From NCBI GenBank assembly GCA_048938445.1, contig JBHLME010000072.1, forward strand, positions 1-22,261: DNA of 22,261 bases. Reading direction: 5' to 3'. Made by a program: the position numbers and the translations under genes. This document shows, piece after piece, positions 16,355-22,261 of the stretch (positions within the stretch are counted from its first letter, which is position 1; each line of letters begins with the position of its first letter). This DNA comes from Promethearchaeota archaeon (lineage in GTDB: Archaea; Asgardarchaeota; Lokiarchaeia; Sigyniarchaeales; SOKP01). The notes under the pieces were generated by a model, which searched no databases, was not told the origin of the DNA, and was given only the letters and a program-made list of their open reading frames with translations.

Positions 16355-17458
16355 TCAGTATTTTATTAGGCTCAATTCAATTATAGCCGCAATTTCAGAA
16401 CTAACCTTACCAATTATACTTTTAATTGAAACTTTCCAAGAATATTTATCATGTACTTTATTTAGTAATAATGCTAATAATGCGACAGTTATTCCAAAAA
16501 CTATGATGAAATAATAAATATCGAGTAAATGAAGGAAAATAAAACCCAATAAGTAATGGAAAATGTAAACGGTCAAAGAATAAAAAGAAAAGTAATAAAA
16601 GAATCTGTAATTTTTCTTAAATTTAAATACTTCGAATTGCTCAATTGTAAATAATGATGCTATTGCAATAAGATTTATTCCTACTGTAAAAAAATACCAA
16701 GAACTACTTCGATTCGATAAAAATATGGGATAATCATGATGTATGCCTAAAAGCATCAGAATGAAACCACATATAATTGATGGGTATAATAATTTATTTT
16801 TCACCATCTTTTTTCTCTCATTTTTATTCTCTATTTGTTTTATTTCATGAATAATTTCTCCAACAACAGTTCCTAATAAAAAGACAGCTAAAGAAGGTAA
16901 TAATGGATTATTAACAACCATTTTTTTATTATAAAGAAAAAAGTATAGTCCTCCAAAAAAATTAAGCTCTCCATTATAAGGTAATAAGAATTCAAAAATG
17001 AAAAGGTTTAAAATTAGTAGATAAATACCACTAATTATTCTCACTTTTTTAGAAGCTTTTAAAAATATAAATCCTAAAAGCTGGGCGATTGCCAATGAAT
17101 GTAAAATGTCCCAGTTCCAAAACCAGGTTATGTCCGAAAAAAATATTGCTTGTGAAAACATTGCAATGAATGCCATTATGAGAATAATAAATCCTTTAAT
17201 TAAATACTCATTTCTTAGCACGCGCTTCTTATTAAAATGTTTATATATTGAAAATTCTTGCTTTTTTCTTTGAAAAAATATTGAAACGCTGATTCCAGAT
17301 ATAAAAATAAAAGCACATGCTCCAAATACATCCAAGGTTGCAAAATATAAATCTTGTAGCCAAAATTGTTCTAAGATTATCCATCCAGTAAGTAAATGAA
17401 CCATCATTATGTTGACTATGCAAAATCCTCTGTAAGTATCAATACTCTTGACTCTCAA
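16355..17458 (-). CDS. DUF1624 / HGSNAT-like multi-pass membrane acyltransferase (paralogue of 6881..8116)
   Basis: RVKSIDTYRGFCIVNIMMVH, FIFISGIS, WDILHSLA, PLLP and YSLTVYIFH motifs. Confidence 0.8.
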   Translation of the reverse strand: MRVKSIDTYRGFCIVNIMMVHLLTGWIILEQFWLQDLYFATLDVFGACAFIFISGISVSIFFQRKKQEFSIYKHFNKKRVLRNEYLIKGFIILIMAFIAMFSQAIFFSDITWFWNWDILHSLAIAQLLGFIFLKASKKVRIISGIYLLILNLFIFEFLLPYNGELNFFGGLYFFLYNKKMVVNNPLLPSLAVFLLGTVVGEIIHEIKQIENKNERKKMVKNKLLYPSIICGFILMLLGIHHDYPIFLSNRSSSWYFFTVGINLIAIASLFTIEQFEVFKFKKNYRFFYYFSFYSLTVYIFHYLLGFIFLHLLDIYYFIIVFGITVALLALLLNKVHDKYSWKVSIKSIIGKVSSEIAAIIELSLIKY

Positions 17459-17599
17459 ATCTAACTGTTTTCTCTGTTGACTATTAAATGTAATCTATGA
17501 GTAAAAGTTCAATAAAAACTAATCCCCTTATATGAAAAGTATAAGGATTTGAGTATTTAACCTTTTTCTTTTCAAATTATTTAAAAATGGAAAGATAAA

Positions 17600-18394
17600 T
17601 TACATGTTGAGTTTAATATTTGTTAAATTAAGTAATTCTAAAAGACAATCGTGTAATAAATCTACTCGTATTCTCCATTCTGAGGGATTTAAATAATTTT
17701 CTAACCATTTTTTATAACCCTTATTTACAATATCATTTTTATAACGATCAGGAGTTTCCCATTCTAATCCTTCTACTTCAATATACTTATTTGAATCAGC
17801 CCAACTCCATACAAGAATAGGCCAAGTACAATAAAAACCTGAATTAGTTTTATTTCTTAAACTTAATATCTTTTCAGCCAACTCTTTTGTAATTACATGA
17901 CAGACAGATATAATATCTTTAGTTTCATTAAAACCTAAAATTTTTGATCCAAATTCATTAACGATTATTTCAGTCTCTTTTTGTGTAGCTGGATGAGTAT
18001 TAAACGCTCTTGATGTGCGACCTACATGTAAATTATCTATATCTATATTATTAATAGTTTTTTGGAGTTCATCGGGATATAGATTTATCCAATGAATTAA
18101 ACGATCAAAATCAACATACATTATTCTTTCCATCACAGAATTTTTAATATTCTCTATTGCAGTTTGATAAGCGAGTTTATACGTATCTATCCGTCTATCT
18201 GTTTGACAAGTTCTAACTATAAAACCCTCTTCTTTTAAGAAAGCAGTGCTTTCTTCATTCATGGCGGGAGTTAAGCATACGATCCTTTTTTTAAATAATA
18301 ATTTTATTTTAGGTAATGCTGATTTCAATTCTTGTTTTAATCGGAATTCAGGATCATGATAAGTTGAAGTTAATATGATAGGATTTGAAGACAT
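17600..18394 (-). CDS. Conserved hypothetical protein, probable GT-A fold (glycosyltransferase-like)
   Basis: Beta-strand start (IILTSTYHD), DxD motif after a hydrophobic strand (IMYVDFDR), plus GRTSRAFNTHP..Q..TE and EGLEWETPD. The fold assignment is inference. Confidence 0.65.
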   Translation of the reverse strand: MSSNPIILTSTYHDPEFRLKQELKSALPKIKLLFKKRIVCLTPAMNEESTAFLKEEGFIVRTCQTDRRIDTYKLAYQTAIENIKNSVMERIMYVDFDRLIHWINLYPDELQKTINNIDIDNLHVGRTSRAFNTHPATQKETEIIVNEFGSKILGFNETKDIISVCHVITKELAEKILSLRNKTNSGFYCTWPILVWSWADSNKYIEVEGLEWETPDRYKNDIVNKGYKKWLENYLNPSEWRIRVDLLHDCLLELLNLTNIKLNM

Positions 18395-18395
18395 T

Positions 18396-18641
18396 TTACT
18401 TTTCCCACGATTTCATTACTACATGTGTATTAGTATCTATTATCCCTTCAATTTGGTCTATTTTTTGAGAAAAAATATCATATAATTCTTCAGGAGTTTC
18501 TGTTTCAATTTCCGCAATGGCATCGTATGCCCCTGTTAATGACATGAGTTTTTTAATTTGAGGAATCGCATTTAACTTTTCAATAACTCTTTTCATGGCA
18601 TTTACTTCAATTTTACAAAATATAATTGCTCTAACAGTCAT
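18396..18641 (-). CDS. Stand-alone Lrp/AsnC ligand-binding (RAM) domain protein, no HTH
   Basis: 81 aa: AIIFCKIE...VIEKL..IPQI...LTGAYDAIAEI...L.....IDQIEGIIDTNTHVV. Confidence 0.9.
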   Translation of the reverse strand: MTVRAIIFCKIEVNAMKRVIEKLNAIPQIKKLMSLTGAYDAIAEIETETPEELYDIFSQKIDQIEGIIDTNTHVVMKSWEK

Positions 18642-18662
18642 AGTATGATACCTTTTTTCTTA

Positions 18663-19979
18663 TTAACTAGATAATTTATTAACTTTACTTATGAAAAGAA
18701 TCTTTATTTTTTTAATTTCTTCAAAATTTCTTAATTGTTCATTTAGAAAATAAAAATCTTTAGTTGAACTTTTCTTTACAGTTACAAGAAATTCATGAGC
18801 GCCGAATAACACGTCAATATGATTAATTCCACTGAACCTCAATAGTTTTAAAGGTAGTTCACTTATTACACCCATTTTTGTAGTTATTAGGAGGAGAGCA
18901 TTAACTTTTATATTGTTTTCATGAACATACCTGAGTAAAATAGAAAGGATTAAAATAAATATTGTTATAATTAAGAAAGGTAGAGGAAAGAATTCGTTGA
19001 TGAGTAATACACCAAAAAAAAGTCCAGTAAGGGGCTCAATTACTGTTAATATACTACTCCATTGATTATATGTCAAGTTAAAAGGGCTCCAATTTACATA
19101 AGCAATGAATATTAAAAGATAAGGTAAAATTGTTGAGAAAATATTAATGAAAAGAACTTCCCATCGAAAAAATAGATGAGGATTGAATAATTCTTGGAAA
19201 AATTTACTTATTTCGGCAGTTAATATGGGTTCTACAGGAATGAGGAGAAAAATAAGAACAAAAATGAACATAAATCCAATTCCAATTAAAAACATGAATG
19301 AAAGTTTTAATAATAACCTCACTACTTTATAATATTTATTTTTATTGATGATTTGTAATTCCTTGTGAGAATATGAATCCTTGTTAATAAAAATATGAAA
19401 AAATGTAATACATATTGAAAATATAATCATGTAAACGAGTCCCAAAATCGAAAAGGTGCTAGTTTCAAATATTTTAACAAATATAATTATCCCTATTGAA
19501 AATAATAACATTACAATATAGAGAATCTTAAAAATATCTAATTCTTCAGATCTTCCATGTTGATATATCGCAATGATTATGTTAAAAATTATGAATCCAA
19601 TCATTACAAAACCTATGGATGTTAACTTTAAAGCCAAAAAATAAAAGATTATTTGCAAAATTATTCCGAAAGAACCTAATATGGCGAAATATAATATATA
19701 CCTCAAGTTAAAAAAGTGCGAATTTCGCTCCTTAAAAAATTCCTTGAAGATAGTTAACGGAATTTTATCATTAGAAGTAAATTTATTATTATAGTAAATC
19801 AATCCCAAAGCTAAACCTAAAAAAAAAATACCACACGTAAAAAATCGTAAATATATGATTGTTATGACTGAAACAGTGGCAAACAATCCAGATACTACGA
19901 CGGGGATAAAACCCCATAAAATATTAGCAACTATTATGTAAAATATGTGTTTATTTTGGATGTATTTAAGAAACTTCAT
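18663..19979 (-). CDS. EamA/DMT-family transporter (10 TM) with a C-terminal Lrp/AsnC RAM-like domain
   Basis: Ten hydrophobic segments with the DMT motifs ILWG, YLRF and SILTVIEPLTGLFFGVLLINE. The last ~80 aa (KVNALLLITTKMG...LLRFSGINHIDVLFGAHEFLVTV...LRNFEEIKKIKILFI) follow the RAM pattern. Confidence 0.8.
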   Translation of the reverse strand: MKFLKYIQNKHIFYIIVANILWGFIPVVVSGLFATVSVITIIYLRFFTCGIFFLGLALGLIYYNNKFTSNDKIPLTIFKEFFKERNSHFFNLRYILYFAILGSFGIILQIIFYFLALKLTSIGFVMIGFIIFNIIIAIYQHGRSEELDIFKILYIVMLLFSIGIIIFVKIFETSTFSILGLVYMIIFSICITFFHIFINKDSYSHKELQIINKNKYYKVVRLLLKLSFMFLIGIGFMFIFVLIFLLIPVEPILTAEISKFFQELFNPHLFFRWEVLFINIFSTILPYLLIFIAYVNWSPFNLTYNQWSSILTVIEPLTGLFFGVLLINEFFPLPFLIITIFILILSILLRYVHENNIKVNALLLITTKMGVISELPLKLLRFSGINHIDVLFGAHEFLVTVKKSSTKDFYFLNEQLRNFEEIKKIKILFISKVNKLSS

Positions 19980-20106
19980 TTTTATGAAATAAGATTAGTT
20001 ATCGATGTTGTATATAATTATGGATTTTAATAATAGTTATTTTAATAAAAATTTATTAATTAGAAAATTAGTAGGTCTTATTTATATAATTAAATTTGTC
20101 TTGTCA

Positions 20107-21015
20107 ATGTCGAACATTCTAATTACAGGAGCAACGGGACATATTGGATGTTGGCTTGTTAATCATTTCTTAAAAAAGGGCCACGGGATTATTGCTCATG
20201 GAAGTTCAGTTGAATCTATTAATAATTTAAAGACTAGATCAAATCTCAATTCAAAACCAAATGTAAAGTATTGGACTCAAGATTTTCTAGCAAATCAATG
20301 GAACTTCCCTAATTTTGCAAATATCGATATAATAATTCACTGTGCTGCTGCCACTAAAGTTAGAGAGGGGACTATAGATAATTTTGAACGATATTTTTCT
20401 TTAAATGTTCTTGCAACAAAATTGATCGCTAAAAAAGCATTAGAAAATAGCGTAAAACATTTTATATATTTTTCTTCGGGACAAGTCTACGGGATCTCTC
20501 CATCCTTCCCCATACGTGAAGATACTGAAAAAAAACCAATTAATTTATATGGTTTCACAAAATTAATGGGAGAAAATATTATTAAATCTTTAGGGATTTT
20601 GGGATTAAACTATACCATCTTCCGTCCATTTTCCGTGTATGGAAAAGGACACGATAATATTATTTCTATAATAAAAAATAAGATTCTTAATGATGAAAAA
20701 ATCACAGTTTATGGTGATGGAAATCAAAAAAGGGCCTTTACACATGTTAGAGATTTATGCAACGCTCTAGAATTAATCATTAATAATAAACAATGTTTTT
20801 CCCAAGAGTATAACTTTTCAGGAATAAAAGAATATTCTGTAAATGATTTAATAAAGATGATTTCGAAAAGATTGAATAAAATTCCACATATTGAAACAAG
20901 CAATATTGAAATAAAAGAACAGCAAAGAAATATAGCTAATATAAATAAGCTAAAGGATTTAGGTTTTAACTTTAGACAAACTCTTGAAAATTTTATTGAA
21001 AACGAATTAAATTAA
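20107..21015 (+). CDS. NAD-dependent epimerase/dehydratase (extended SDR)
   Basis: ILITGATGHIG, IIHCAA, FSSGQVYG, YGFTK, FRPFSVYG and GDGNQKRAFTHVRD motifs; start placed at ATG 20107. Confidence 0.92.
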   Translation: MSNILITGATGHIGCWLVNHFLKKGHGIIAHGSSVESINNLKTRSNLNSKPNVKYWTQDFLANQWNFPNFANIDIIIHCAAATKVREGTIDNFERYFSLNVLATKLIAKKALENSVKHFIYFSSGQVYGISPSFPIREDTEKKPINLYGFTKLMGENIIKSLGILGLNYTIFRPFSVYGKGHDNIISIIKNKILNDEKITVYGDGNQKRAFTHVRDLCNALELIINNKQCFSQEYNFSGIKEYSVNDLIKMISKRLNKIPHIETSNIEIKEQQRNIANINKLKDLGFNFRQTLENFIENELN

Positions 21016-21037
21016 AGAATATGAAGCTAGAAATAAG

Positions 21038-21553
21038 ATGAATGAAGAATTAAAGAAACTTTCAAAAGAAGAATTAATTGAATATATTGAGGATTTATCT
21101 AAAAATTGGTTAGCAATCGATGGCACCTGGTTTCAAGCTGTAGAAAAAAGATTTGGAATGGAAGAGGCAATACGATGTGATACGGACTCTTGGAAAATTT
21201 TTACTGTCGTTGAAGCTAAGAGAATCATGGAACGGTTTGATATACCACAAAATGGTGGTATTCCTGCCTTAGTAAAGGCATTAAAATATCGAGTATATGC
21301 TAATATTAACATTCAAGAAATTGTTGAAATTTCTTATAATCGTTGTATATTCAGAATGAATGACTGTAGGGTTCAATCCGCTAGAAATCGTAAAGGGCTT
21401 CCAGATTTTCCCTGTAAAAGAGTAGGTTTAGAAGAATATAGTAATTTTGCGAAAACAATTGATCCTAGAATCAAAACTCGATGCATTTGTTGCCCTCCTG
21501 ACGAACATCCAAGAGATTATTGGTGTGCATGGGAATTTATTTTACAATCTTAG
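21038..21553 (+). CDS. DUF6125-like protein (Cys-rich, V4R-related small-ligand-binding fold)
   Basis: KNWLAIDGTWFQAVE, DCRVQSARNRKGLPDFPCK, FAKTIDPRIK and CICCPPDEHP..WCAWEF motifs. Confidence 0.8.
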   Translation: MNEELKKLSKEELIEYIEDLSKNWLAIDGTWFQAVEKRFGMEEAIRCDTDSWKIFTVVEAKRIMERFDIPQNGGIPALVKALKYRVYANINIQEIVEISYNRCIFRMNDCRVQSARNRKGLPDFPCKRVGLEEYSNFAKTIDPRIKTRCICCPPDEHPRDYWCAWEFILQS

Positions 21554-21932
21554 AAAAACAATTCATTTTCATTATTTAATTTCTTATTTTAGTTACAAAT
21601 ATAAAATTCAACAAGGTTTTGCCATTTATTAAATGGAATGATCTTCGATGAATATTTTGGTAAAAGAAACAGATTTTCAAAGAAAAGAATTGTAAATCTT
21701 TTTTGAGAAATTTTGGTATGGTAATGAAATAATATTTTCAAAAATTTTATTTTAGGTTTAATATCTTTAGTTAAGAGGTGGTTTATAGAAAAATTTTAAA
21801 TACAAAAATATATTCTTGTATGTTATTACTTAAAAATACAAATAGTTAAAAACATCAAATTTAACTATATTTTATTTAAAAAACAATAATAAAAAAAATT
21901 ATCAATTAACTAAAAAAAGTGAAATATTCACA

Positions 21933-22261
21933 ATGTCTGAATCAGAAATTGAAAGTCAAATTAGTGCAAAAGAAGATGAAATTACGAAAGTAGAAGAGGA
22001 AGCGAATAAAAAAGAAGCATCTGCTGAAAAAGAAGTAGAGGCAGAATATGATGCTCAAATTGCTACCGCAGAATCTAAATTATCTTCTGAACAAGGCCAT
22101 TTGAATGAAGCTACCGAAAAAGCTGCTGAATGGGCAGCTACAAAGAAAGAAAAAGCTGGAGTAGTAAAGGCCTTGGGAAAGGAAGTTTCTACTTTAAAAA
22201 AAGCAAAAGATAAAGCTTTAAATACAAAATTAAAAGAAATTGCTGCTGAAAAGAAAACAAA
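21933..22261 (+). CDS. Alpha-helical coiled-coil protein, truncated by the window end
   Basis: Open from ATG 21933 to the edge (109 codons): MSESEIESQISAKEDEITKVEEEANKKEASAEKEVEAEYDAQIATAESKLSSEQGHLNEATEKAAEWAATKKEKAGVVKALGKEVSTLKKAKDKALNTKLKEIAAEKKT. No Pro; AAGTGA upstream. Not in the ORF track. Confidence 0.88.
   Translation, partial: MSESEIESQISAKEDEITKVEEEANKKEASAEKEVEAEYDAQIATAESKLSSEQGHLNEATEKAAEWAATKKEKAGVVKALGKEVSTLKKAKDKALNTKLKEIAAEKKT

Noticed and set aside
4462-17423. Short overlapping track ORFs (4462..4644, 5577..5798, 6168..6350, 7797..8138, 9158..9370, 9889..10083, 10232..10483, 11757..11942, 14006..14434, 14709..14912, 16005..16217, 16311..16514, 17241..17423)
   Set aside because: They lie wholly or largely within well-supported genes on the opposite strand or in another frame, and show no recognisable motifs.
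20005-20106. 34-aa N-terminal extension of the epimerase in the ORF track
   Set aside because: The Rossmann motif begins right after ATG 20107, and the extension occupies the divergent promoter region.
21447-21632. 61-aa ORF overlapping the DUF6125-like gene
   Set aside because: Alternative-frame overlap running into AT-rich intergenic DNA, with no RBS or motif.

Overview
AT-rich prokaryotic window, densely coding. I found no rRNA, tRNA, CRISPR or transposase. Archaeal-type signals (BRE+TATA promoters, (A/G)GTGA ribosome-binding motifs) and the gene content suggest an Asgard archaeon of the Lokiarchaeia/Promethearchaeia type. That assignment is inference, not a marker-gene result. The ORF track missed two genes that run off the window edges. 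The first is a >1045-aa minus-strand surface protein (<1..3137) with an N-terminal hydrophobic segment, a ~700-aa uncharacterised domain, a PKD domain and tandem 87-88-aa cadherin-like repeats. The second is a coiled-coil protein (21933..>22261). The surface-protein promoter carries a perfect 12-bp inverted repeat spanning five GATC sites and faces a divergent wHTH/V4R-like regulator. The middle of the window holds anaerobic metabolism genes: tungsten aldehyde:ferredoxin oxidoreductase plus its 4x[4Fe-4S] partner, a CoA-transferase-GNAT fusion, a reductive-dehalogenase/QueG-like Fe-S protein, a methyltransferase, two SDRs (one strongly KDSR/Tsc10-like) and two DUF1624/HGSNAT-like membrane acyltransferases. 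Near the right end is the best candidate for an undescribed module: a 10-TM EamA/DMT transporter with a C-terminal Lrp/AsnC-type RAM domain, followed by a stand-alone RAM protein and a tightly coupled GT-A-like protein, divergent from an NAD-dependent epimerase and a DUF6125-like gene.
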